Below, one piece after another: positions 36,252 to 48,800 of a DNA stretch of 64,000 bases; within the stretch, counting starts at the first letter, position 1, and each line of letters opens with the position of its first letter. Where the stretch lies: positions 248,001-312,000 of the forward strand of contig JBLDXI010000066.1 in NCBI GenBank assembly GCA_047495785.1. The letters run 5' to 3'. A model generated the notes under the pieces. That model saw only the letters and a program-made list of their open reading frames with translations. It was not told the origin of the DNA and searched no databases. The translations under genes were made by a program, and so were the position numbers. The DNA comes from Lepidodermella squamata. Taxonomy: Eukaryota > Animalia > Gastrotricha.

Positions 36252-38811
36252 TTAAGCCCTCCGCAGTCGACTGCCGCTTATCATTGCCACGTACACTTCC
36301 GCATTTTGCTGGGTTGATTTCTTCTCAGCTGCTTGTTTACTCTTCTGAAGAGTCGTAATCTTCTGGCCAACGATAGGATCCCGCTTCAGTTCTTCAATCA
36401 AAGCGTTAACATCCTCCAGAGTCATTAAGGCACTCGAAGCAGCTTGTGACGAAGCTTTATCGATAGTTTTGTTGGCCTCACGATACTGCTCCAAGGTTTT
36501 GTTTAGGGCAGCCAGTTTGCTATCAGGCTTGCCAAGCGCAACATCTCGTTTTTCCGCCTCGATTAAATAGGCGATGTAATTCTCCAACGCGTCGTTGTAC
36601 GGCATAATAGCATGTGATCGGACGAAGGCTGCTAGCTTAGCACAGGCTTCAGTTAGTCTTCGGTGGCAAAGCTGGTACTTGGCGAGGCTTTTCTCGATCT
36701 CAGCCAATACGTCTTGGATATTCCCAGAGCGCAGTTTCTCAGCGGCTAGCTTGTCCTCGACGTATCTCTGTTCGAGGATGTAGCAGATGTGCATATGATC
36801 GCGATACGAGCACGAACAAACTTTGCATTGGGCATTTAGGGGGTCGTTCATTGCCGAGCAGCGGCGAAGTCCTTCTTGGGGGTAGCAGCCAGTTTTTATG
36901 CCCTAAATAATTAGAAAATAAATTGATAATTTTGAGCTCAAATAAAGGTTCAGACTGAAGTGCAATGAAAATTTCGAATAAAATTAGTTTAATTAATTCA
37001 ATTAATAAATTCTAACCTGCAAGTAACAATGGTCATGACAAGTTGTCTTGTAAATCGGCTCCAAGTTTCCTTCCTGATAGCTAACACATTTCGCAGCCCG
37101 GCAAACCGTTTTCGGGTAGCTTATCTCTGTTTTCTTAAGCTCGATACGCATGATTTTTGGAATTGAACCAGCGATGCCTCCCGCACTGTGATTCATCAAC
37201 TTTTGCCTAGTTTCCTCCATCAAGTTGATGTTAAGTTGGACATTCTGGGCAACGTCCGCCAGTGGTTCCGTTAAATCGACAATCAAGTGCCGAGCCATGT
37301 TGACGGTCAGAGTTTCCTTGGTTTCGTGTCCAGAATTGAGCTCAAGTAGATGTTTAATCATCCGAGCCATTTCCTTCACAGATTTGTCCCAACTCGAGTA
37401 GAATCCCCGAATCTCCTCCGAATCTGTGATTGGAACTCCGCACTCTTTTGTAGCCAAGTAACGAACGGCTTCATTATCGAAAAAGAAAACATTATTCTCG
37501 CTTAAGGAAACTTGGGCGTCCTCCAATTCAACGTTCAAAAGCTGGACAGAAGCTCCTGGTTTGTAATGGGTCTCGCGGCAATACGTGAAACAAAAGCAAA
37601 TGTTCCTCCTAGCATTCTTATGAAGTTGGGTCAGAAGTTCGCGAATGCAGTAGCAAAACTCCGGGGTTCGGCGCTTTTCGTTGGGTTTAGACAAAATTAT
37701 GATACCATGAATTTCCGGGTACCGTTTCAAATGCTGCATTGTAGCTTCAAGATTCGCCTTATCCTGCTCGAAGCCACGGGTATCGCCGATTCCTGGCGTG
37801 TCGATCAACTTGATGCGAACTTTGTTGGATATAGGAATGGTATAAGTCACAGGTTGCTGAGTGACTGAATCTCCAGCTTTTCCGTACTGTTCATTCTTCA
37901 AAGTGGTTGAATTCGCGTTGGAAGTTCTATGGTAGCCAACTCTTATTTTGGTAGATTGCATTCTGGCATCGGTAATGTCGAACTCGAGTGGGATAACCCA
38001 TTGCTTTTCGCCGTTCAAAGCCCTGTCCAGCGACTCAAATTTCAAATAGTTTACGAAACCATTGACAAAAGTTGACTTTCCAACGCCAGTCCGGCCGAGG
38101 AGAAGGAGAACTATTTCCTTCCTGGAGAAATAAGTTGGAAATTAGAAAAAACCTAATCTAGCTGACTGTAAATTTTAGCAAAAGCGGCAAGTAATAGACT
38201 CAATTAGGCTTACTCTTGGGCCATCGATAGCGAATGAAGTTGTTGCGAAAGTTCGTCAACTTCCGTCGGGCGCTGTTGGTTTCGGGGCGAGGCTGCCGGA
38301 CGTTGTTGGTTTCGGGGGGAGGGCGTCGGACGTTGTTGGTTCAGGCCATTTCTCGGCCCTGAAAATAACGGGGGTGGTAAGTTGGATGCTCCAGCAGAAC
38401 TCGACCTGTCTAGCAAAGGCGGGGGTAATTGGGTTCTGGGTCTTGGGCCCTTCTGCTCCCAAGGGGCGACGTGCATAATTTTGTCTTTCAGTCTGTAGTT
38501 GTTGAATTTCTGAATCGCTCGCTCAGCTGCGGCCGCGAAACGGAACATTACCGTGCCGTAGCTTCAAATGATAGAAAATATGGCTGAACTTGAAATCAAT
38601 TAGAAGCTACTTACGCGAATCCCTTGTCGTAGAAGTAGGTGATGTTGGTGCTTTCCACAGGGCCGCATTGTGCGAACAACGCTTTGAGCTCATCTTGGCT
38701 GACATTCGCATCGATGTTTTTGACAAAAACTGTGGGGGTTTGGCGATTTTGATGCTGTTGACCATCTGCGGATTCAGCTGCTCGATGACTGGCAGGTCGA
38801 GTATTCTGCAT
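36252..38811 (-). CDS. RRM, Pro-rich linker, septin/AIG1-like GTPase, Cys/His-rich region and coiled coil (4 exons, about 766 aa)
   Basis: Exons 38811-38615, 38561-38214, 38121-37017, 36902-36252; in frame. RNP2 VFVKNI and RNP1 KGFAYGTVMF (split by an intron). G1 GRTGVGKST, G3 DTPGIGD, FTYCR, FFFDNEAVRYLA, SWDKS. Metal-binding-like region C..C...CHDHCYL...C...CKVCSCSYRDHMH. Confidence 0.85.
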
Positions 38812-40503
38812 TACTACACTCTAAAATGACCTCCGAAAATAAAATTTATCAAGCCGTTATGACGCAATACCGCAAAGCCTTTATAACAGCAAGTTAATGA
38901 TTAAAATTGAGTAAAAACGTAATATGAATAAGGCGAAAAAATGACCCCACTACTCTTGAAGATGAATAAAAAAGATGTAAATATCGCAAGGTTCTTAACG
39001 TGAGTGAAATTATCGCGCAGCTGTTTTTTATAACCTTTTTATCTATGGCCTTTTCAAGCCATTTTTAGGTATGAATGGAGGTCAGAACAAAAATGCACCA
39101 CGCTAGAACGATAAGAATGATAAGCCGTCGTGCTCATTTTTTCTATGCTGATAAACCACCAAGCATTTTTTGCGGTCTACTTGAATATCAGGCAGTTGTG
39201 GCGATTAAAATTTATGAGGAATATTGATCTCGCTTGGGTATCCCTTGAGGAGGACGACATGTTCGATCGAGTGTTTTGTATGCGCGATCGATAGTAAGAG
39301 ATGGAACACGCTAAACTGGATCTTGACTACTGTCGATAACTTTCGTTCTTTGCTTCAACAATTGGCGTGGTTTGTCTTTACAAAAAAGGCTCACAGAATT
39401 TTAAAAAGAGAGGAAGCGCGTGTTAATTCGAGGTACCTAATTATAACAACGTGCAAACTTTGGCCATTTTCAATTCAAACCTCAAAAAAGCTTTTTCAGG
39501 ATTTCTCTTATTGCGAAAATGTGTTATATGTGCAGACAATTATTTTGGGTAAGATTAACTCGATAGACGTGATTAAAATTGATACAGTTTAATATCAAAT
39601 GATGCCAAGCCTCCGTAATACAAGTGTATAATGTCGAATTTGAGAAAACGTATGTTGCTCGGTTGGCAAGCTATCCTTCACCTGACAGTCTCGATGGATG
39701 TATCTTTTTGTCCTTGGGAGCAAACTTATTCACACCTGTTGTGTGTTGCGCAACAATGAGCGTGCATCAGCTACGGCGAAGCTTTAAAAATGAGAGAACC
39801 CAAGTCGCTAGCCACATCTCATATGGACTCGACACTGGCAACTTTTTCCACTACACAGGAATAGGAATAGAAATTTATTGATCGAAAAAATCTGCTTTTT
39901 TTACTACACGTAATAGTAGAAATAGAAATGCTAATTTCCGGCATCTTTTTGCATTACAAAGCAAAAAGTGACGGAGCAAGTGAAGTTTCCATCACCTGGC
40001 GCTGTCAATAGCTCTTCAAGTTAAGAGAAGCAATTTGAAGCAAATCGAAGGGACATAATTGAATTGATAAAAATCACCAATTTTATGAAAAAGCAGAATC
40101 TTTAGCTGCGGGAGATCGTCATGTTCGCCTGCTTTCATGGAAATTTGAAATATCTGTATAAACCTCAACCCTGGATTCCAGGTTCCAAATTCACGCTTTT
40201 TCACTCGAGGTTGTAAATCATGGGCATTAATCTCATTCAAAGTAAATAATGTCGATAAATTCAAACAAGTTTCCACAAGTCCGCGGTTTATAACTGGCCC
40301 ATTTCGCCCAAAACCGAGCGGTCATGTAATGGGAACTTCGAAGCCGCCCCGTCCTATAGTACGTCTCATGAATAAAAGTGATAAATTTCCATTTTTCATA
40401 AGGCAAGTTTACTTTATTTGGCACTCATCGGAATAAATAAATAGAATTTTGAGGCCTTCACAGGGGAAAATAAACTTCATGATTCTTCAAATATTTTCAG
40501 TTT

Positions 40504-43500
40504 TCAGTAATAGGAATCGCGGTAATGACGATTTCGTCGTTTGTGCGCCGATTTCCGACCGCCGCGGTGATGTTTCCGCTTCATTCCATCAACGTATTTC
40601 AGCCATGACGGGTAACGGCTCTTCGATCGTTTCGATGATCGCCTATTCTCAAAACTTTCATCCGACGGCGACTCGTTTTCGATGCGATGCGATTTTTTAT
40701 GGCGATTATTTTTATTAGGATGTTCAGATTTCTTGAAAGAAAGTTCGTACTCGGGAGCTTCCCATGACGGCGAGCAGGTCGGAAAGTTCGGAGGAGGCGG
40801 CGGCAAATCACTCTGCTCACCAACTCGCAGAACCATAGCCATTCCGAGTTCCTATTACATTTGTTTCATAATTTCATAAAAAATAATATTTTAGAGCGCA
40901 TTATGGAAATTTTAAGATGGATTCAAGAAATTTGAATTTTTAATTTTCAAACACAAATTTTTTAAAAATTTCAATTTTTCGAATCAAGTTTAAATACTTT
41001 TTTAAATCTTAAATTTCCAATTTTTCAATTTTCAAATTGAAATTTAAAAAAAGAATTCCAATTATTTCCAACTTGATTCAAGAAAGTTTAATTTTGAAAT
41101 TTTGAATTGAAAGTTTTTGGAATTTTGAAATTTCAACAAAAAAATTGATTTCTTTCTAAATAAAATTACCATGTGAAAATCGATATGGCAATGAAGAAGC
41201 CACGGCCCTGGGTTGTTAGCTCGGAATCGAACGATGACGTAGCCGCCAGTTGGCACGCCAATGACATCTTTCAACGGCGCGTTCTTCAAGTTCCGCTTGA
41301 TTAAACCCTGCTGGTCGTAATCCAGCACCTCTTCACCGGTTAGATTCAAATGAATTTTATTCATCGCCACAACGCGGAAGGCGTAGCCATGGATGTGCAT
41401 TGGATGGTTCAGGTCGTGGACGTTGTCTGAAAATCCATTGTCAACCATGACCAGTTCAACGAGAGCGCCGAGTGGAATTTGTTCCAGGTGAATGCACTCG
41501 CAAAAGTCTTGCGGTTTGCATTTGCGATGCCGCGAGTTGCATAGCAGGTCTTTAGGCACGTCCTGCCATTGCGAGAGAAGCGGCACGGGCGGCATCATGT
41601 TCGTGATTTTGTTGATTCTAGGCGTTATGAACGTGTGCGGGAAATTGTCGGAAATGTACGGAGCATTTTCGCGCACAATGTTGATCGGCCGGAGGCGAGG
41701 ATCTTTAACTTTCTCGAAATCCTAAAAAAACGAAAAAAATGAGAAAAAATCCTTAGATAGATTAGGCGATAGAGCGGAAAGCGGACAGCGATTTCAGAAA
41801 TTTCAAAAATTTGGAAAAATACATAAAATTTTGTGAATTTTCAACAAAACTTCAAAAAATTAAAAAATTGTTAGAAAAATTTGGATAGGAAAATCTGGGT
41901 CTTTTAGAAGTTAATTTAAGAACTAATTAAAAATTTTAAAAATTTAAAAATTTCGAAGGTTGGAAGGTTTGAAAGTTCCAATATTTATTCCCTTACAAAT
42001 TGAACCAAAAGCTGAACATCAGGTTCGCCTTCAACGTTGTTCGGATGATTGTCCAGTGATCGAAGTTGCGAAATTTTCTTCGCATTTTTCCCATCATCTA
42101 AAAAAATTACAGAAAAATTAATAAATCAATATTTTAACAAAATTACGATTATGAGGGTATTTCGACCATTCCCAATAGTTGACCTCATCCAGGACTTGTT
42201 TAGTAGCTCCTCGACTAGCCTGCCACGCCGTGCTCGGTTTCGGACTCTTCCGGCCGTGGTAGATGATCTTCGCAAAGGCCTTGGCAGTTTCAATATCCAC
42301 CGAATCGCCCAAAGCCTGGGCCATTATGTAGTAGATGCCATGCATCGATTTGAGTTCGCCACTGAAAAACGGCACTACGTCGACACGCTCGGCTGGCATT
42401 AGCGTGACGGTCTTCGTCACGACTGGTTTAATCGCATGGCCGTCGAAGGCGAGGATGACGAGGTAGTGACCAGTGAAGCGGAACTTGATTGGCGTGTTCC
42501 AGAACGCGTTGTTGATGATGCGGAACCGGTAGCGTAGTTTAGGGTGAAGGCAGTAGACGTCGGAGGGAATTGCGACTGGGAAGTCGGGCAGGGTCATGTT
42601 GCTTGACCCGGTCACGCCGTGACTCGGCCAGCGACCGTTCAGGAGCACCTGGGGTGGTCGGAAGCCGGCATTTCCGAAATGGAAGGTGGCAAATCGATTG
42701 ATGGCCAATTCCTCGGGAAACCAATCCTGTAAGTTCGAATAATTTTCCAATAAATTATAAATTGAAAATATTGAAAAATTAATAAACTTAATATGTAAAA
42801 ATTGGAAAATTGGAATCAATGGAATTTAAAATTAAAAAAATTCAAAATTCGATGAAATTAAAATTCCGATTATTTTTCCAATTTTTAAATTTGAATTTTG
42901 AATTTTTTAAATTTTAAATTTCATTGATTTCTCAATTTTTAAATTCAAATTTTATTAATTTTTCAATATTTTCAAATTTCAGAATTCTCAGAATTCTTCA
43001 ACTTTTTTCTCAAATATTTTTTTTCCAACCTGAGTCATCAGTGGGCGTAAGTTGTCTCGGTCATACAGCTTCTTGTGAGGATCCTTTGGGTCGCGGATGA
43101 TCAGAGGCCCAGCGAGGCCATCGGCTCGTTGCACGCCAGTGTGAGAGTGCCAAAAGTACGTCCCAGTTTGGTCGGCTTCGAAATCGTACGTGAACGACTG
43201 GCCTGAATTTATGGGACACTGCGAATACATCGATGCTCCATCCATGTATGGATTTTTCTAAAAAAAAAATAAAAAAATTGTGATTCACCATCCGGGGATC
43301 CTAAAAGATTAGAAAATATTTTTTTCAGAATTTTGAAAATTCTTTAATTTTAAATTTTTTTTAATTTTAAATTTTAAATTTAACTTAAATTCTGAACCAA
43401 TTACAATTTCTAATTCAATTCAATAAATGATGCCGACTTTGGAAATATTTTGTTCGAACTACTTTGTGCGAAAAAATCAACATTGAAAAAAATTCAATTA

Positions 43501-44074
43501 ATTTTCAAAAAATTGAAAAAGTCTCCTTAAAATTAAAATTTAATTTCAATATGAAATTTTACTTTTTGGAAAAGCCCATGCCAGTGGATGCCTGTCGACT
43601 CGCCGTTCTGCATCATATTTTCGACAGTGACTCGAATCCGGTCACCCAGACACACTTCAATTGACGGACCCGGTAGAACCCGATTCGCAGTTAGAATGGC
43701 TCGCTGGGTGCCGCTGCCTAGGTTACACCCAGGTCGTTCGCAATCGCCTAAATCGTTCGGGCAGTACATGCAAGCTCGGCCCATAGTCGTGTACCACGTC
43801 AGGTCGAGTTTGTACTCGCAAATCCGCGGCTGGTCGCCCGGCGTGCACTTGCGCCGACACGCATGATCGGCGAAATCATCGACCATGACCGGCATGCCCA
43901 TCATTGAGCCGTAATTGTGGCTAGCATCGTTGTTACGCCGGCTTTCTTTGTTATGGCCATGCCCAGCTGATGCTACTGCCAACCAGCAGCAGATTAATAG
44001 ACCTGGACATTTGAAAAAATAGAGCAAAGTTTAGCCGTGAATCACTTCCCAAACTGACCATCGAACTTCTTCAT
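40504..44074 (-). CDS. Secreted laccase-like multicopper oxidase 5 (7 exons, about 754 aa) with a distinct intron layout
   Basis: Exons 44074-44059, 44002-43563, 43257-43030, 42726-42147, 42097-41997, 41721-41170, 40851-40504; in frame. Motifs HWHG, YFWHSH, HPMHIHG, HCHIDFHM|ELGM. Basic C-terminal tail. Confidence 0.92.
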
Positions 44075-45362
44075 CTGCGTCGCATAAAAATCGAAGAAAA
44101 ATCTTTCGAATTCGAAAAATGCCATTGAAGCTTATAATTGCAATTATCTATAGGATGACGCACTCGGCCAATTATTTCATCCAATTATTACTTTGTCTTT
44201 CTGTCTGTGTGATGAACAAAACCCGGCTAATTCGAAATAAATAAGTAAGCTGTACAAATTTTAGCGACAATTTTCCATTTTTTCAAATCCGGGTTAAAGT
44301 CTAAAAAATCGTTTAGTTTAGTTGATTAATGACGAATCATTTAAAATGAGGGAAACTCAAAACGTCGCGCATTTTAATTCAATAAGCGCACAAAGTAAAC
44401 AACGCGCGCAACATGATTTAAGGTGTCGTGCAGAAAAATTTAATCCGTGCGCACATCACTTCAAAAGCCGCGCATTTGTATTCACAACGTCGCGCAATAA
44501 AATAAATTTGTCGCAGAGCTAAAACACAACGAAGCGAACCCAATTTTGTCGAAATTTCGAAATTTGCTACAACTAAACCCAGATGGGGTTCGTCCCGCCG
44601 CCATACATAGACCCCATGATGGCGACGAATCGATATGTCTTTGGCGAGAAAAACTATGAGAAATCGCCTGTCTCGGAGCATTTATTGCTCAATCACGCGC
44701 AATCCACCCAATCCACAACACACGCACACATACGCTTGAGGCCCCAGTTCTCAAGCACATACGCACCCGCTGCGCACCTCGACGGCGCGGCGTCTGAGAC
44801 AGTTTGCCGTGTTTTAGAGTCCTCGATCAAGGGATTATCTGTATTCGAGTGTTTACTCGCCGGTTTAGCTACTAGCTGCGTGAAGAGCTACGGACCGTGT
44901 CCGGTCATTAAACTGGGTCGCCATAAACGCGCTACAACAACAAATCAACATCTGCAAACTTTTTTTTAAGAAATGACCAATATGCGATATTATTATAGGA
45001 CTAATTTCAAGTGATCTGAATTGAAAGATGCGTCGACCATCGGGCAGCTATCTTCCATTAAACTAGTCGCAAAATTCAGTAAAAAAGTGATCTAGCCGAG
45101 AAAACATTTTTACGCCGACGCACTCCCGTAGCACAGCCATAGTATTCGTAGGTAGCAACATCTTCTCTTCTCGCCGCCTCGTTGCCAAAAAAATGGGTTC
45201 CTATTACCAAGGAAAGCCTGGGCTCCCTCGTACCACCCGGAGAAAACAGGTTGCCAGTTGTTTTTCAACTGCCTTCAAAAATTCAAACGACATTTTTTAA
45301 TTTCGTGTTGCTAAGCCGATAATCGTTGACAAGAATTCGCAAACTGATTTCAGATATAAGAA

Positions 45363-45506
45363 AATGCCGGGGGAACCCCGATACTGTCGCCGTTTGTGTC
45401 GTGGACAACTTTGTTTGTTTCTTTGTTTCTTTGTATGCCGCCAGTGTGCGCCCACACTGGTTCCCCCGGCGCTACTGTAGCAGCTATGCTGCTGCTGTTG
45501 CCAATT
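45363..45506 (+). mobile_element. Minimal Helentron-associated (HINE/DINE-1-like) element, about 144 bp
   Basis: 5' subterminal repeat GCCGGGGGAACC (45366-45377), (TTTG)n microsatellite, its inverse GGTTCCCCCGGC (45459-45470), then hairpin GTAGCAGC-TAT-GCTGCTGC and TGTTGCCAATT. Both ends recur at 54133/60723 and, on the minus strand, at 58862/56587. Confidence 0.7.
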
Positions 45507-45706
45507 ACTCTGAGAGATGATCCCTTCACTTCCTCCTGAAAGTCGCACATTTCAGATTGTTTTCGAGAAGTCTTTTTACTCGAGATTAAATTCAAGTGGT
45601 CGCGAATGTTCGGTACTGTGGTTTCAGGAACACTGAAATAAAAACACGAAAACACGTATTGTTTATCTTACACGCTACATCATATTGCCTGCGCATTTCC
45701 TTGCAG

Positions 45707-45717
45707 CAGGAAATTAA
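45707..45717 (+). promoter_or_regulatory. Conserved upstream element CAGGAAATTAA shared by all three LamG-Cys-loop genes
   Basis: Exact 11-mer at 45707, 50087 and 60927, each 75-110 bp before the predicted start. Around the 45707 copy the flanking sequence is otherwise unalignable with the other two. Confidence 0.5.
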
Positions 45718-45816
45718 GCTGCAACTCAGTTATACGTGGCTGATTGATCGGTTCACTTCGAAGCAAAATCAAACGCTAAAAGCATTTTTGATTTTATTAA
45801 ACCACCGCAACATAAC

Positions 45817-48800
45817 ATGACTTGCAAAACTTGTTTGCTGGCTAGTTGTATCTTCGCCTTTGCTAACTGCTTGGATGTTTCGAAGATTGAACTGCCACGC
45901 TTGGATAAGCTCGTCGCATTCTGGCCGATGGACGCATATTCTGGTCTTACCGGATTCACGAAAACAAACAAAAAGCTGAACCCGCTGCCGACAAACAGTA
46001 CTTCGGTATTCCACAAGAACGACATATCTAACACAGGGTACTACAGACTGACTAGCGGTGACAGAATAGCTAGTTATTTGGTACCTGGGGCTCCAAGTTC
46101 CTTCACAGTTAGCGTTCATTACTATCGTGATTTCAAATTAGTTGAATTCGTAAACTTGTTCAAGGTTGAACTTAACAACTTATACATAAGAACAGGCCTG
46201 GATAGTTGGTATTTTGTCGGCAGGGATGACTGGGAGTTCGGAAGTTCCGCGGACAGCAACATGATGGCTTACTCATATGACAAGCCGTCGAACACGGCTG
46301 TTATCTATCGAATAAAAACTACTGATCAAAAGTTATCCTCGAAACGATTCGTGATCCCGGGGAAGCTATACGACAATGATACGAGGCGAGAATTTGTTAT
46401 CGGGAAGCGTGAGCAATGGCTGTACCAATTGTATGCCAACACTTTTGAGAATGCAGTTTCTTGTGTATCACTATACGGAACCGCCTTGACTGCGGATGAG
46501 GTTAATTCCCTGTTTCTTACGCCTTGCCGAAATGCCGCGAAGGCGATGATGGGCAAAGTTGAACGAATCGATATGACACTCATACCTCGACGGGAGAATC
46601 TCGTTGGATTTTGGCCGCTGTCATACGATTCGAATTTACTTGGCTGGGACGGGGCCGGTAACGTTATTGTACCCCGCCAGCCTAGCCTCTACAACGCAAA
46701 GCGCGTGAAATTCGAGGGGCCTTACGGTCTGGGTAGTTACTCATGGAATGAAACAGCTACAAATATAGAAGCCCTTGCGAACATGAATATATTTGGCGAG
46801 GTTGCGGCATATGACGGCTTGCCAAAGCCGAGGTCGAGCTTCACCCTCGCGTTCTACATCAAATCAACGTGCAATATCATCGGCGAGGATGGAAAAAGAG
46901 GAATCGTCACTATACTTGATTTCCTCTCCGCCTCGTGTCAAATCGATTATCTAAGGAATAACCGCAGCGTAGTCCGGTTCATGCCGATAAACAAGAAAGC
47001 GACATTTTTGGGCGATCTTGACATGGTTACTTGTGTCGCGAGGTATACTTACACAGGAACGTGGACATTCTTTGCCATAACCTTGAGCGACACTGAAAGA
47101 CTACCGACCCTTTACTCACAAGCTGTTAATTACGAGACGGAACTTACGTCAGGTGATGACCTCTCGAGGAAGAGTTTTTCTTAACTTATTGCAGCGTGTA
47201 CCCTTGATTGCGCAACGATTTTCCTAATATTTGCAAGCAATTTATCCACTTTATTAAATTTATATCTAATGGGGCCAATCGAGAATTTTGGGGCCATACA
47301 TTTGCGAATAATAAGGAGCCTTCTTTCGCAAGTTTTCGAAAGAATTCTGTATAACCATTGTTTAAGGACCCCTGGAGACAAATGTGTATTGCTTTTCTCG
47401 CAAACGGTCTCAATTGAAAATATTCATTAATAGCTCACAGCCGTAAAGACGGGACCACAGTTGCTAATACTGACGGTGGTACCAAATTTCATTAAATTCA
47501 ATAACAATTTTGTTCGGTTTTTACCTGGTTAAGGTTAGGATAGGGTTAGGGTTAGAGGCTGGGGCTTAAAATTGGGGATTTGGAACTGATTGGAATAATT
47601 TGGTACAGAATTCAATGATGTTTGGATCTGAATTCAATAATTCTCTATAATCCCAATACGCATTAATTTCAGATGCTTGCGTTCACGTCAATATTGATTT
47701 CTTGTCGAAAGTCGATGATGAAAGTTTCATGGACAATTTTTCGATGGAGATGGGTATCGATCATCGGTCGGATGCTCCCCGAGGTGATGACACACAATTC
47801 GCGTGCTTCTATTTCTACAACGCAGCGTTGAGTCGTGGGGAAGTGTTCAACCTAAGCAATGCTTGCGGTCGATTGGTTTCACAAGAGACAAAGTACGCAA
47901 GTGGCAACTCCATGGCAGAGCGAATGGTACCTTATTTCGAGCGACAGCAATTCGACTACATCGACAACATGACCTCGATACAAAGGAAATGCGGTCATTT
48001 CAACGCTTCAGTCAATGCCCCTCGAAATGTTGAAAATTTATCGAATTACGATGCCCCTCTGAAGGTGAAAGTGGGCTTCCAAGTGAATGGTCTGAATGAA
48101 ATCGATACTGTAAACGAAATCATAACAGTCAAAGCTTTGATGGTACTGTACTGGCGAGTGAATACATGCCCATGGCTGTCTTCGCTCACTCTACCAACGG
48201 GCAGAAATTTTGAGACCGTCTTTATCGACAATCTCGGCAATCTGTGGAAACCCAAGGTCCGCTTTCTCTCCGCAGCTAATTCTAACATTCAGATGCGGAA
48301 CATGGCTATCAATGACGATTATTTGATGATGATGTCGTCCAAAGTGCCCACTGTCAATAGAACCTTCGACTTTTATTGGCAAAAGGAAGGTTTGTTTGAG
48401 GCGAACTGTGAACTATCGCTTCAATTGTTCCCATTCGACACTCAAACGTGTCATTTCGAATTCTCCCTCGAACGAGACATCAACTTAGTTCGGGTGGATG
48501 ATAGGAGCCTTCTATTCGATTTCAATCAATCCCATTCCGGTGACAGTTGGACCTTAGTTCACAAGGAGAATTCAACAGGGCAGGTTTTTTACAAGGGCTA
48601 CTACGTCTCCACATTTAGACTCTCAGCTAAACTTGCAAGGAATCCACGGTATTACATAAACAACTTCGCAATACCGTCATCGACACTCGCCTCCCTGAAT
48701 ATATTCCTATTTTTGATGCCGCCTGATGCGCCAGACCGTGCTGCATTTTCCGTCACTGTCCTGCTAACTATGACTGTCATGCAAAGTGCTGTTTTAAATG

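Noticed and set aside
38900-40450. Short ORFs between the RRM-GTPase and laccase 5
   Set aside because: No recognisable motifs, no consistent splice pattern and no paralogy; treated as intergenic.
45817-47184. LamG ORFs (also 50139-51497 and 61003-62319) as stand-alone secreted lectins
   Set aside because: Each ends mid-domain at a conserved phase-1 donor, and the domain is completed in the channel exon, which has no signal peptide of its own.
47527-47560. Telomere or chromosome-fusion signature
   Set aside because: Only two or three degenerate TTAGGG units inside an intron; too short to support this.
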